64,000 nt of DNA, taken from positions 96,001 to 160,000 of IMG/VR virus record IMGVR_UViG_3300037466_003065; one strand, given 5' to 3'. Source of the DNA: a virus. Shown here piece after piece: positions 27,547-37,504 of the stretch. Numbering within the stretch: position 1 is the first letter of the stretch; every line of letters begins with the position of its first letter. The notes beneath the pieces were generated by a model. That model was not told the DNA's origin. It ran no database searches and saw only the letters and a program-made list of their open reading frames with translations. The translations under genes and the position numbers were made by a program.

Positions 27547-27754
27547 GATGCCTCCGGTTGAAGGGTAGGGACAACTGGTTCGGGTCGGGCTTGGGCGCCC
27601 GCGAGGGGCCGGCCGACCCGTGATTACTGCGAACGATGGTCTCGGTTGCGATGTCCCCCAAAACGATTGCGGCCAGCGGCACCTCGAAGAGTGCCTGCTG
27701 GCCGGGAACGTCGGAGCGGGGTCGCTCGACGGTCACAATCTGTAGCTTCATCAC
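27464..27754 (-). CDS. hypothetical protein
   Basis: AAGGAGGCATC RBS before the GTG; 3' part overlaps the next gene. Confidence 0.5.
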   Translation of the reverse strand: MMKLQIVTVERPRSDVPGQQALFEVPLAAIVLGDIATETIVRSNHGSAGPSRAPKPDPNQLSLPFNRRHRGKRTVSSSVAQQPGTHHALPRVRRRS

Positions 27755-28254
27755 GATGCCTCCTTGGTACGAACCTTGGCCTTGCCGGTCAGAATCAGTG
27801 TCTGCTTGGTTTCAAGGAGCAGTGCCTCCTTTCTTGTCATCTTGGGCCACTTGACGCCTCGCCACCTGGCGTACACGTTGAGCCAGCGGTACTGGTGGTA
27901 GGCGAACTTGTGCCACGGCGTACGCATCAGGTCGAACATTTGCGAGTCGACCGCGTCGGCCGCGTGCTCCGAAAGTCGACTGCCGACGTTCAGGCACTTG
28001 GCCACCTGGGCGGCCTTGTGGGTAATGGCGCCACGCTGGAGCATCGACAGAATATTGGCGAGGTGGGTGTCACTAAGATCCTTGAAGCGGATCCGCTGCT
28101 TATCCTTCGTCACCCAGACCATGTCCTCGACAAAGAACCTGCCGTTACCGGCAAGGCTTCCGTCGCAGGCGCCGCACGGGCCGGCGCCGGGGTCGTGGAT
28201 GTCCATGGCCCCGCTGCCACCGCAGAGCGAGCAGGGATACGTCGGCTTCTTCAT
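27751..28254 (-). CDS. phage protein with DnaJ-like Zn finger
   Basis: CSLCGGSG...CGACDG, then WVTKD..I...DLSDTHLANI. Confidence 0.75.
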   Translation of the reverse strand: MKKPTYPCSLCGGSGAMDIHDPGAGPCGACDGSLAGNGRFFVEDMVWVTKDKQRIRFKDLSDTHLANILSMLQRGAITHKAAQVAKCLNVGSRLSEHAADAVDSQMFDLMRTPWHKFAYHQYRWLNVYARWRGVKWPKMTRKEALLLETKQTLILTGKAKVRTKEAS

Positions 28255-28330
28255 GTGATGCCTCCCAAAAGGAGTGGGGCCGGGAACGTGGTTGGGTTCA
28301 CGTTCCCGGCCCCGGGCTAAGAAACACTCG

Positions 28331-28903
28331 CTACTGGTGCATGTTCATGAGCCGGAACCGGCTCTCGAACCCGTGCACCCGCATGATAACCGCGGGGAGC
28401 TGGGTGTCCAACTCCCATTCGAAGCCCGCCGTGTTCGTCTCCTGGCCGAGCACGAACTGGGTCGAGTGGTGGATCCACCGGTAAATCGAGTGCCACCCGG
28501 TCGGGCACAGGATTTTCAGGTGCCGCATCTCCCCATGCCAGTGGTCGCGGAGCTGGGCGACGCAGTCGTCGAGGCTGACGACCTCCTTGGGGATGTACTC
28601 GTCGCCCGCGTCGGTCAGCGTGTCGATCGCGGTCAGGGCCTCCAGACCCGAGTCGAGCGGCACGGCACGGCCGAGGAACAGGGGCATGAACTGCACCGGG
28701 AAGCCGCCGCCCGACTTGAAGAGCTCGTCGACCTGGTCGGGGGTGATCTTGTCCGGGTTCTTGGGGATGTACTGGATCAGGCCCCGCGGCACCAGCTTGG
28801 CCGGCGAGATCTGGAGGCCGTTCATCCGCTCGTACGCCCATAGGTGGCCGGGCAGGGCGGCCTGCACGACCCGGTACTTCTCGATCAGTTGGTCATTCGT
28901 CAT
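28331..28903 (-). CDS. hypothetical protein
   Basis: Start reassigned to MTNDQL, overlapping the upstream stop. Confidence 0.65.
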   Translation of the reverse strand: MTNDQLIEKYRVVQAALPGHLWAYERMNGLQISPAKLVPRGLIQYIPKNPDKITPDQVDELFKSGGGFPVQFMPLFLGRAVPLDSGLEALTAIDTLTDAGDEYIPKEVVSLDDCVAQLRDHWHGEMRHLKILCPTGWHSIYRWIHHSTQFVLGQETNTAGFEWELDTQLPAVIMRVHGFESRFRLMNMHQ

Positions 28904-29846
28904 CGTCGTCATCCTCGAAGTCAAAGTCATCATCGTCGTCCCAAGAGTCGTCGGACTCGGAGTCGGGCAGGGCCCCAGCTTCCTCGTCGAACTCTTCGAG
29001 GCTGTCGCCGAACGACCACTCCTTGGGCTCGGGCCCCTTGGTAAAGCCCTTCTCGGCGACGAGCCATGCGGCGAACTTGCACGCGCGGTCGACGCGACTG
29101 GTGAACATCGCGCTGCCCGGCCCCCTGAGCCACTCGAGATTGAGCTCGCGGAGGTCGACGTTCTCCGGGCCGTACAGCAGGTCGACCTGGACGCGGTCGC
29201 CATCCTCGCCGTCGTCGATCGCGTAAAGCGTGGAGTTGGCCGGCGGCTTTGGCGGCGTGTACCGGAGCAGTTTCCAGTGCGGCCCCGGCTGCTCCTGCAG
29301 CTTCCACGGCTTGGCGGGGCGGCCGGCGGCGAGCCACGCGTTGACCTCGATCTGGACGGCGTTCAGGATCGTGCACGCGTCATCGAGGCCGACCCACTCG
29401 ATCAGTTTCTCGGCGCCACCGAGCACGTTGGCGTCCACAAAGTCGTGGAGCTGGGAGAACGAGGCGACGTGCGGCGGCACGACCTGCTTCTCGATCAGGG
29501 CGAGAATCTCGTACTTGGTGTCGATGACCAACCGCGACTTTCGGAAGCAGAAGATCGCCTCGGCCACGTCGTCGGTCGCCAGGATGTTGCCCTCCTGGGA
29601 CTTGTACCCGGTGAAGCTGACGTGGTACCGGGGCGTCGGCGACATCTCACGGAGCTCGGGGTTCGGATGGTCGCTCCAGAGGCGGAGGCAGACGTCCTCG
29701 CCGAGGTGGGTGCAGCCCACGCCGAAGCTGGGGCAGACGTCGTTGTGCCAGCTCATGTCGTCGACGCCGTCCAGCTTCGGGTCAGTCAGTTTGAGGATCT
29801 CGGGCGGCGGGGCCCACTCCCCGCTGAACTCGCTCGCGTAACTCAT
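28893..29846 (-). CDS. multi-domain hypothetical protein with acidic tail
   Basis: SWHNDVCPSF motif, SFSQLHDFVDAN motif, D/E tail; AGGAGACATC RBS. Confidence 0.75.
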   Translation of the reverse strand: MSYASEFSGEWAPPPEILKLTDPKLDGVDDMSWHNDVCPSFGVGCTHLGEDVCLRLWSDHPNPELREMSPTPRYHVSFTGYKSQEGNILATDDVAEAIFCFRKSRLVIDTKYEILALIEKQVVPPHVASFSQLHDFVDANVLGGAEKLIEWVGLDDACTILNAVQIEVNAWLAAGRPAKPWKLQEQPGPHWKLLRYTPPKPPANSTLYAIDDGEDGDRVQVDLLYGPENVDLRELNLEWLRGPGSAMFTSRVDRACKFAAWLVAEKGFTKGPEPKEWSFGDSLEEFDEEAGALPDSESDDSWDDDDDFDFEDDDDDE

Positions 29847-30182
29847 GATGTCTCCTGAAAGGGAAGATGGCCTCGTGGTGGGGTCACCACAAGGCCATCG
29901 TGATTAGAACCGTCAACCAGAAAATCCGCCAGCCGTCGCTCAGACTCCCTCGGGGATTACGCCCCACACGGGCACCCTCCTCTCATGGTGAGCCTCCACA
30001 CATTCCAGGAACTCGCCGATCACCTTTCCGTTCCGGCTGATCGTGCAACAGACCCATGCCGCGTTCATCTGCTCGCGATGCAGTTGGTACATGATGCCTC
30101 CTGAAGGGGTGAGGGGATTGAACCATTCTTCGGCTTGAAGTCAATGGGATTACATGGGGAATTTCCGGAACATGACCCGGTG

Positions 30183-32549
30183 TTATGCCTCCGACGTTGT
30201 GATGGCCTCCGCGGGCTGCCGAGGCCGCTGTTTGTCCATCAACTGGATGTATTCGAAAATCGCCTTGAGGGGCTCCTCCTGGATGTGGGAGCTCCCGACG
30301 AAGTGCTTGATCATCGGGTACGCCCGGTTGAACGCCGCGATCGCGTTCGTGATTCGCTTCTCGACCCTCGAAAGGTCGGGCAGCGGCACGCCGAGCAGGC
30401 TGCAGGCGTAGTCGCACGCACCGGCCGTCACGTTGTTGTACTTGCCGTGCACCTCGTCCTGGGCCTCGTACAGCAAGCGGGCCGGCGACTTGGCCCGGAG
30501 CGACGGGATCGCCTCGAGGTAACCCTGCACACGCTGCACGAGGTTGGTCTCCAGGCAGTCCAGACTCCGGTCAAGCCGCCGGCGCATCGCGGCGTCGCGG
30601 GCTGCCGCGTCGGCCTCCAGTTTCTCCTTCAGCCAGACGTCCAGCCGCTTCCAGTTCTTCAGCTTCTCGATCTTCGGGAGCATCGCCGACCGGACGCCGA
30701 CCACGTCACGCCAGTACATCAGGCCCGTGTAGTCGTCCATTCGCTCGAGCCGCGACTTGAGGGACGCGGGAGGGGCGAACCCGCCCGTGCTCCAACTGTA
30801 GCGGTCTTCGGTCTCCGGGTCGGACACCTTGCCGGCCCTCCACTCGAAGCCCTTGACCTCGACGTAGACGACCTCTTCCTCGGTGTCGTCGAGGTCGACG
30901 TCGGCGTCCCGCCACGCGTAGACCGGCGAGTCGAAGCTGTGCTGCAGCCGCACGATCTTGGCCGTCTTCCGGCTCTCGCGTTCGGCCCGCGGCGGCTCGG
31001 GGAGCGACGACACCGGCTTGACCAGGTGGTCGAACTCCTCGTCCCGCATCCACTTCACGAAGGCCCCGTCGTCCTCGGTCGCCGGCTCGATCAGGTAGAC
31101 CGTGAGGTGTGTCCGGTTGCGGCGGGCCTGCTCCATGAGCAAGCGGATGCGGGTGTGGAAGCCGGTGTCCACGTCCTTGCGGAAGACGAGCACGTCCTCC
31201 TTGGCCGAGATGTACTCGACGCGATCACGGGCGATGCGCATCGGGTCGTTCGTCCGCCGGCCCGCCACCCACTCGTACCTCGTGCCGTAGGCCACCCGCT
31301 TGTCGCCGTCGCCGAAGTGAATGCCGGTCGAGACCTCCTTGCCTCGCCACCGCAGGCCACTGCTGTCGATCAGGCCGCGGAGGTAGTAGCGGCTCGTGAA
31401 CCGCCAGAGTTGGACGCGGGCGTCCCACATCGTCTCGACGGCCGAGAGGTCTCGCTCGGTCTCCGCGATCAGGTCGGCCGCCAGCTTGCGCAGCCGCTCC
31501 TTCAGCGTCGCGTAGGTGGGCCCGCTGTCGTACTTCAGGGCCTCGCGGCTGGCCGCCATGTTGACCTCGCCGATACCGACCCGGAGCACCGGGCCGACCT
31601 CCTGGGCGAGGAACGTCTCGGCCTTCGTGAGTGAGTTGCGGAACTCCTCGTCCAGGTCTTGCCACCGACCGACCGGGTAGTGGACGTTGCCCATCAGCAC
31701 GCCGAACGAGTCGACGTGCTGGCCCCGGTAATGGTGCCGCTGGCCTTGGTCGTGGGCGAAGATCATCCAGTCGCCGCTCTCCTTGGCGATGGCCGGGATC
31801 TTGAGCTGGTCGGCCGAGACGCCGGTGACCAGCGGCTTGGTCTCGAACCACTTGTAGACCTCGATCGCCTTCGTGCGGAACAGGTTGAAGTCCTTGGCCT
31901 GCACGGGCACGGTCACCTTCAGGCCGCTGGGCTCGTCGGTCGGCTCGTAGGACAGTCGCACCACGCCGGGCATCTCCTCGCCCTTGAACATGGTGTAGAT
32001 GCCCTTCATGCCGTCGCACACCGACGTGACGGTGTACGAGTCGGTGTACGCGAACGGCGACTTCGACCCCAGCCCGAGGCACCCCGTATAGTCGTTGGAG
32101 TGATTCTTGTCGGAGTCGAAGTAGACCGTGTAGTTGCCCTGGCGGAACGTCATGCCGGGCTCGCCGCACTTCGGGCAGGTGTAGATGTCCTGCCGGTTCG
32201 GCACGGGCGCCGGCTCGGCGTCGGAGTCCTCGGTGTGGCCGCACAGGCACTCGAAGTACCCGCGGATGCGGTAGTCGCTCAGGCCGGTGCCGAAGTCCTG
32301 GATCGTCAGGTTCGGGTCGGTCAGCGACGGGATGATCACGACGAACGGCACGTGCCGCTTGCCGGCCGCGACGTGGGCGTCGGCGGCGTTCGTCCCCAGC
32401 TCGCGGATGATGGCCCGAATCGCGTCGGAGTAGAGGCCGCCGGACAGGATCTCGGCGGCCTTCATGGACATCTTCATACCGAAGCCGCGGGGCCGGCCGA
32501 CGTTGGAGCTGCGTTGAGCGGGCGCGGACGAGGTTGCGAGTTTCATCAA
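30183..32549 (-). CDS. rIIA: rIIA-like protein (GHKL ATPase N-terminal domain)
   Basis: ILSGGLYSD..AIIRELGTNAADAH, IQDFGTGLS, SDKNHSNDYTGCLGLGSKSPFAYTDSYTV, SREALKY. Confidence 0.9.
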   Translation of the reverse strand: MMKLATSSAPAQRSSNVGRPRGFGMKMSMKAAEILSGGLYSDAIRAIIRELGTNAADAHVAAGKRHVPFVVIIPSLTDPNLTIQDFGTGLSDYRIRGYFECLCGHTEDSDAEPAPVPNRQDIYTCPKCGEPGMTFRQGNYTVYFDSDKNHSNDYTGCLGLGSKSPFAYTDSYTVTSVCDGMKGIYTMFKGEEMPGVVRLSYEPTDEPSGLKVTVPVQAKDFNLFRTKAIEVYKWFETKPLVTGVSADQLKIPAIAKESGDWMIFAHDQGQRHHYRGQHVDSFGVLMGNVHYPVGRWQDLDEEFRNSLTKAETFLAQEVGPVLRVGIGEVNMAASREALKYDSGPTYATLKERLRKLAADLIAETERDLSAVETMWDARVQLWRFTSRYYLRGLIDSSGLRWRGKEVSTGIHFGDGDKRVAYGTRYEWVAGRRTNDPMRIARDRVEYISAKEDVLVFRKDVDTGFHTRIRLLMEQARRNRTHLTVYLIEPATEDDGAFVKWMRDEEFDHLVKPVSSLPEPPRAERESRKTAKIVRLQHSFDSPVYAWRDADVDLDDTEEEVVYVEVKGFEWRAGKVSDPETEDRYSWSTGGFAPPASLKSRLERMDDYTGLMYWRDVVGVRSAMLPKIEKLKNWKRLDVWLKEKLEADAAARDAAMRRRLDRSLDCLETNLVQRVQGYLEAIPSLRAKSPARLLYEAQDEVHGKYNNVTAGACDYACSLLGVPLPDLSRVEKRITNAIAAFNRAYPMIKHFVGSSHIQEEPLKAIFEYIQLMDKQRPRQPAEAITTSEA

Positions 32550-32607
32550 TGTCTCCTGAAGAAGAGTAGGGAATCAACTGCCTTGAATGAACCCCCTTCG
32601 GGGCGGG

Positions 32608-34140
32608 TCAGGCCGGCGTGGTCGCCGGCACGCGGTGGTCGATGCGGTTGCGGACGTTGAACAGCGGGTACACGGAGCGGGCGACGTCGAGGATCTGTTG
32701 CTCCTCGACCTCAGTGCGGACGTTGTAGGAGCCGACCGGCATCTCGCCGTCGTAGACGTCGAAGTGGATCGGGAACAGGTCGGACACCTCGGGCCGGTAG
32801 TCGGGATCGACGAACTTCTTGCGGTCACCCTCCGGCAGTAGGTCGGCCTGCTGCAGGCGGGTCATGCTCTCGACGACCATCTCGGCCTGCTGGCGGCTCC
32901 GGCCCTCGCCCTGCATGATGTTCTCGATCGCCCGCTGCCGCAGCTCGTACCGCTGCTGCGTCGTCAGGTGGTCGAGGTCGTGCGGGTTGACGAAGGTGGT
33001 GCCCTCGTCGACGATCTCGCGGCCGTGCTCGTCCCGCTTGTGGATGTGCGTGCCGACGATGTACCGCGGGTAGTCGCCGGCGCCGCCCTTGAGGTTGCCG
33101 ATGAACTCCATGGCGAGCTCGCCCTTGGCGAACCCGCGACAGGTGATCACGTCGTACGCCTCGTGCTCGACCACCTGCCGGTCGATGGTCTCGTGCGACT
33201 CGTACGGCAGTTGGGCGTCGACGCCGTCCCGGATGCTCTCGGTGATCTTGCCCCGCAGGAACACGTCGACGTCGAAGCTCATCGGCTGCGGCCGATCCTC
33301 ACGATCGATCTTGGCGTCGAGGCCGTGGGTCGGCACGGACACCTTGGGCTTCGGGGTGTCGCGGACGATCCCGGGCACCGGCAGGATCGGCTTGCCCGGG
33401 CCGAGGGCCTCGTAGACCGGCCAGGTCATCTCGGTCTTCTGATCCCACTCGGCGATCACGGTGTACCGGTCGACCCGGCACTTCGTGGTCTCCTCGCGGG
33501 GCACACTGACGACGTCGCGGGGGTTGACCTTGACGATCACGTACTTGTCGCTGCCGTCGCCGAACCACCGGGCGTAGCTCGAGGAGCCGACGTGGAAGCC
33601 CTGCGAGCAGTCGGTGCCCCAGTCGTCGTCGACCATGCTGCGGGGCATCACGGGCGTCTCGCCGATCCGGTTGCTGACCGTGCCGGTTCGCTTGTCCGTC
33701 CAGTCCTCCTTGACGGCCTTGTACCCGAGCCAGTGGCCGTCCGTCGTGATCGGAATGTCCTGGTTCTCCAGCCAGGAGTAGAGCTCGTCGAGGGCCCGCC
33801 GGCTGGGGTTCTGGACGAGGTTGTCGAGGAACGCGACGAAGGGCTGGAACGGCATGCCCTTGGCCTTGGCGTCGAGGATGCGCCGGGTCAGCGAGTTGTT
33901 GAGGACGTGGGAGCCGTAGTACACCTGGTTCCCGACGATCTTGATGGCGCCCTGCGAGTATTCGTGTACCGCGGTGGGGACGTCGATGGCGGCGGCGAAC
34001 TTCTGGCCGTTGTCCTCGTCGATCGCTTCACGGGCCTCGCTGTACCCGGGATGGTCGGGCGTCACGTTGTGGGCCTTGCCGGCGAAGCTGGCCGCGATGT
34101 TCTTGCTGCCCGTGATGATCCAGTTAAACAACTTGCTCAT
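32608..34140 (-). CDS. rIIB: rIIB-like protein with C-terminal extension
   Basis: FLDNLVQNPSRRA..ELYSWL....PIT.DGH.LGYKAV...MPRSMVDDD....CSQGFHVG....VKVNPRDVVSVP; follows rIIA; start MSKLFN. Confidence 0.9.
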   Translation of the reverse strand: MSKLFNWIITGSKNIAASFAGKAHNVTPDHPGYSEAREAIDEDNGQKFAAAIDVPTAVHEYSQGAIKIVGNQVYYGSHVLNNSLTRRILDAKAKGMPFQPFVAFLDNLVQNPSRRALDELYSWLENQDIPITTDGHWLGYKAVKEDWTDKRTGTVSNRIGETPVMPRSMVDDDWGTDCSQGFHVGSSSYARWFGDGSDKYVIVKVNPRDVVSVPREETTKCRVDRYTVIAEWDQKTEMTWPVYEALGPGKPILPVPGIVRDTPKPKVSVPTHGLDAKIDREDRPQPMSFDVDVFLRGKITESIRDGVDAQLPYESHETIDRQVVEHEAYDVITCRGFAKGELAMEFIGNLKGGAGDYPRYIVGTHIHKRDEHGREIVDEGTTFVNPHDLDHLTTQQRYELRQRAIENIMQGEGRSRQQAEMVVESMTRLQQADLLPEGDRKKFVDPDYRPEVSDLFPIHFDVYDGEMPVGSYNVRTEVEEQQILDVARSVYPLFNVRNRIDHRVPATTPA

Positions 34141-34151
34141 TTGTGATGCTC

Positions 34152-35135
34152 CTACTTGAAGAAATGGTCGTACGTGAGCGGAGTGTAATCGAATCCGTTG
34201 GTCTTGTTGTTGTAGAACCTCGCCCACGCGTGCCCGCACGCCGTGCAGCAGCGGTAGAACGCGTCGTGGGACTCGTCCAGTACGTCGTACGATCCGCACT
34301 CCGGGCAGATGCACGAGGTCTTGAACAGCTCCTGGTACAACTCCTCTCTCCACGCCTGTGCGCCACAGATGCAGTTGCGGCAGTCGGCGTGGGTGCAACT
34401 GCCCAGTTTCTTGTTGTTCTTGCGGACGTGCTCCGACCAGGCCATCGAGTCGGAGGAGGCGAAGTACCGCCAGATCTGGAGGAGGCCGGTCTTCTTGAAG
34501 CCGAAGCCGTGCATCCGCAGGCCGTAACGGTGGAGCTCGGCGATCGTGGGCTCCATCACGCCGGTACCCTGCCGCCGGCACACGCTGCCGACGCCGACGA
34601 CGCCGCACTCGCGGAGATCCACGCCGTAGTTGGCGTACATCTCGACGTGCCGCCAGTAGTCGTCGGGCTCCCAGCCCTGCAGGACGGGGGCCCACCAGAT
34701 CTCGGGGGCCATGTCCCGCAGGCCGAGGTAGCTCAGGATGGTTCGTCGCTGGTGCTCGGCGACGGAGAGGCCGGTTCCCTTGAAGGTCACACCCTTGAAC
34801 GTGCCGCCGTTGATGACCATCGGCTCGCACATCCAGTCCTGGCACGCGACCCAGTCGAGGTTCCCGATCATGTTTCGCCACCGCCGCACCTCGTCGACGA
34901 ACTGACGGGGCCCGATCGTCCACTGGCCGTGCTGCTGCAGCTCCGAGAAGCCGCCGCTGTCCATCGCCCAGCTCGCGATTGCGGGCTTGACCTTCTTCTG
35001 GCGGATCAATCGGTTCCTGCTGACGAAGAGGGGGAAGCCGGCCCGGCTGAGCCACGCCGGCTCGGGGGCGCCGACGTAGAGTCGGAACTCCAGCTTGGCG
35101 GCGGTGTCCATCCCGGTCGTCAGCACCCCGGTCAC
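34152..35135 (-). CDS. dpdA: DpdA-like (tRNA-guanine transglycosylase fold) deazaguanine DNA-insertion enzyme
   Basis: AMDSGGFSEL, ACQDWMCEP, HQRRT, PVLQGW, VGVGSVCRRQ, HGFGFK, SSDSMAWS, Cys-rich tail. Confidence 0.75.
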   Translation of the reverse strand: MTGVLTTGMDTAAKLEFRLYVGAPEPAWLSRAGFPLFVSRNRLIRQKKVKPAIASWAMDSGGFSELQQHGQWTIGPRQFVDEVRRWRNMIGNLDWVACQDWMCEPMVINGGTFKGVTFKGTGLSVAEHQRRTILSYLGLRDMAPEIWWAPVLQGWEPDDYWRHVEMYANYGVDLRECGVVGVGSVCRRQGTGVMEPTIAELHRYGLRMHGFGFKKTGLLQIWRYFASSDSMAWSEHVRKNNKKLGSCTHADCRNCICGAQAWREELYQELFKTSCICPECGSYDVLDESHDAFYRCCTACGHAWARFYNNKTNGFDYTPLTYDHFFK

Positions 35136-35503
35136 GTGGGCCTCCCCTCGGTGCCGGCCAGCACGTACTCGTTTCCCTCGTCCTCGACGGCGTCGCCGAG
35201 GGCCAGGAGGACGCCGAACTCGACGGCCACCGTGTAGCTGATCTTGCGGTGCGGAATCCGGTTGCCGGCGCAGAGGATGTCGAACGTCTTCTCGGTCATC
35301 TTGCGGGTGACCCGGACGATCGAGCCGGTCTCGTACCGCATCAGGGTGAGGCCCTTATCGTCGACCTCCTTCACGACGTAAGTGCCCTCCTTGACCCGCT
35401 TGCCGATCAGCTTCTGGAGTCGCTTCTGGGCGTCCTCCCATTTGAAGTCGGGTTCCTTCATTTCTGCTCCCGGGCGAACCTTGTCGCCAGTTCGAGCTTC
35501 CAC
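35132..35503 (-). CDS. hypothetical protein (start may be MKEPDF)
   Basis: ORF track; contiguous with neighbours. Confidence 0.65.
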   Translation of the reverse strand: MEARTGDKVRPGAEMKEPDFKWEDAQKRLQKLIGKRVKEGTYVVKEVDDKGLTLMRYETGSIVRVTRKMTEKTFDILCAGNRIPHRKISYTVAVEFGVLLALGDAVEDEGNEYVLAGTEGRPT

Positions 35504-35664
35504 GTCTTGTCGTTGGGGTCGTCGACCCTGAAGCGGAACTGCTTCAGGATCTGGCCGCCCTTGCGTACCTGCACGCTGCCGGTCTTATTGTGTCCCTTTC
35601 CGGCCTTGCCCCCGCTGGTGGGGATGTGCAGCTCGCAGCCGTTCACGGTCGTGAAGAGCATCAT
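35458..35664 (-). CDS. small basic hypothetical protein
   Basis: Start MMLFTT after AAGGAGG. Confidence 0.7.
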   Translation of the reverse strand: MMLFTTVNGCELHIPTSGGKAGKGHNKTGSVQVRKGGQILKQFRFRVDDPNDKTWKLELATRFAREQK

Positions 35665-35897
35665 TCCTCCTTTCGGAGGTCGGGTGCGTACAGGGCCAGG
35701 TCGACGCCCTGCTGCATGCCGACGTAGTTGATGAACATGGTCACGATGGCGTCGACCTGGTTGTCGGCCATCGCGTCGATAGCGGCCTGGCCCAGCTCGT
35801 GCATGTGCCGGCCGTCCCGCAGGTGCTGCTCCCACCGCTTCACGAAGTGCTGGCCGTTCTTGACCAGCATCTGCATCAGCTCACCCTTGCTCAGCAT
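35661..35897 (-). CDS. small hypothetical protein
   Basis: Start MLSKGE after AAGGAGG. Confidence 0.7.
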   Translation of the reverse strand: MLSKGELMQMLVKNGQHFVKRWEQHLRDGRHMHELGQAAIDAMADNQVDAIVTMFINYVGMQQGVDLALYAPDLRKEE

Positions 35898-36387
35898 GGC
35901 GTTCCTCCTTGCGGAGCCTCTTGATGTCGGCGGCCGGCGTGTAGCGGCGGGGAGTCCCGCCGGCCTTGAGGTGCTCCCACTCGGCCTCGGCGCGTTCGAG
36001 CAGCTCATCGACCTTGGCCGGCGGCAAATCCATCGACTCGCAAATCGAGTCGAAGTCCTCGGACTGGATGCCGCGAGCCCGGATCTCGGCGAGCAGTCGC
36101 GGAAACTGGACGAAGTTGTCGTCGAAGGCCGCACGCTCGGGCTCTTTCGGTCGCTCGATAGGCGTCAGCTCGAACGGCTTGTCCGGGTCGACGCCGGCCA
36201 CCTTGAGGTTCTTCCGGCAGTTCTTGTCGATGACCTCCTTGATAAGGAAGGAGTATTCGAACGCCCCGCCCGTGGTGTAGTAGAAGCACGATTGGTTGCG
36301 GTGTCGCAGGAAGCCGAGGATCGTGTATTCGGCCCCGGACGTCAGCCGCACCTTGTACCCACGACGCAGTCGCATCTTGTCGGCCAT
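35881..36387 (-). CDS. hypothetical protein
   Basis: QF.RLLAEI...CESMDL....VDELLERA..EWE motif; AGGAGG RBS. Confidence 0.75.
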   Translation of the reverse strand: MADKMRLRRGYKVRLTSGAEYTILGFLRHRNQSCFYYTTGGAFEYSFLIKEVIDKNCRKNLKVAGVDPDKPFELTPIERPKEPERAAFDDNFVQFPRLLAEIRARGIQSEDFDSICESMDLPPAKVDELLERAEAEWEHLKAGGTPRRYTPAADIKRLRKEERHAEQG

Positions 36388-36395
36388 GACGCCTC

Positions 36396-36716
36396 CTACT
36401 CCTGGTAAGGGGTGATGAACAGAATGTACTTGCGGCCGGGCAGCTCCTTGAACTCGACGCAGCGGCCGGCGCCGCCCACGATCTCGAGGGCCTGGTCGAA
36501 GTAGTCGTCCTTGTCCCGGCGGTTGGCCCTCACCTGCTCCCCGGTTCGTTCGTCGCGTTCGGCCTCGACGGCCTCGACGTGGTGGTCGACGCCCAAGATC
36601 GTGGCCGCCCCGAGGAGGCGGTGGGCCTTGTCCCGCCCCCGCCCGACCGCACGCATGGGCGTGGTCAGGTTGAGGCCGTCGATCTCGTGCACGATTTCTT
36701 CGCGGTCTTTAGGCAT
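36396..36716 (-). CDS. hypothetical protein
   Basis: 106 aa; AAGGAGA RBS. Confidence 0.7.
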   Translation of the reverse strand: MPKDREEIVHEIDGLNLTTPMRAVGRGRDKAHRLLGAATILGVDHHVEAVEAERDERTGEQVRANRRDKDDYFDQALEIVGGAGRCVEFKELPGRKYILFITPYQE

Positions 36717-37122
36717 AACGGATCTCCTTGAAGAGTGTCCACTGGATCAGATTGTCGATGTCGCCGTAGTCGACGCCGGGCGGCGTGTCCCGCCAGTCGA
36801 CGCCCCACTTCCGGCAGCCGATCACGAAGGCGTCCTCGGCAAACGCCTGGTTGAGCACCCAGTAGTGCTCGGGCACCGACAGGCCGGCCTTGAACCGCTC
36901 GGTGGCCGCCGAGTGATCCATCGCCACGTAGTCGATGCTCTCGTCGTGGCCGAACTCGTACGCGAGCCAGCCGACGTCGTCGCGGTACTCGACGCCGTAG
37001 AGCCAATAGCCGGCGCAGCCGGGCCGCTCGAAGATGAAGGTGTCCTTCGCGATCAGGTCGCGGACGAACTCCAGCTTTGCCTGCTGAACCTCCTCGTCGG
37101 TGGGGAGCCATTTGTCAGACAT
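36709..37122 (-). CDS. hypothetical protein
   Basis: 137 aa; ends D.DNLIQWTLFKEIRYA. Confidence 0.75.
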   Translation of the reverse strand: MSDKWLPTDEEVQQAKLEFVRDLIAKDTFIFERPGCAGYWLYGVEYRDDVGWLAYEFGHDESIDYVAMDHSAATERFKAGLSVPEHYWVLNQAFAEDAFVIGCRKWGVDWRDTPPGVDYGDIDNLIQWTLFKEIRYA

Positions 37123-37504
37123 CGAGACCTCCGATCTTGTCTTGCCACGCGTCGACCAGGTCGACGACGGTCTTGTCGTCGGTCACGTGGTCGTTGGCGT
37201 AAACGGTGTCGTACTTAGAGATGAACTCGATAATCTTCTTGGCGTCGCGCAGGGCCTCCTCACGGGCGACCTCGCCTGTGCAGACGCAGTACCAGCCGTC
37301 CGACACCTGATCGATCGCGTCGCCCACCTTGCATGTCTGGGCCCAACGGGCGATCCGGGCCTCGACCTCCTTGGTGATCACCTTGGACATCGTGGGGATG
37401 CCCATGTTGAGCATGTGGTCGCCGAACTGGATCGTGATCAGGCCCAGGTTCTCGCCGTCGCAGCCGGCGATCACGAGGGTGAACGTCTTCTTAGCCATTG
37501 GCAT
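37115..37504 (-). CDS. hypothetical protein
   Basis: 129 aa; overlaps neighbours by a few bases. Confidence 0.7.
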   Translation of the reverse strand: MPMAKKTFTLVIAGCDGENLGLITIQFGDHMLNMGIPTMSKVITKEVEARIARWAQTCKVGDAIDQVSDGWYCVCTGEVAREEALRDAKKIIEFISKYDTVYANDHVTDDKTVVDLVDAWQDKIGGLDV

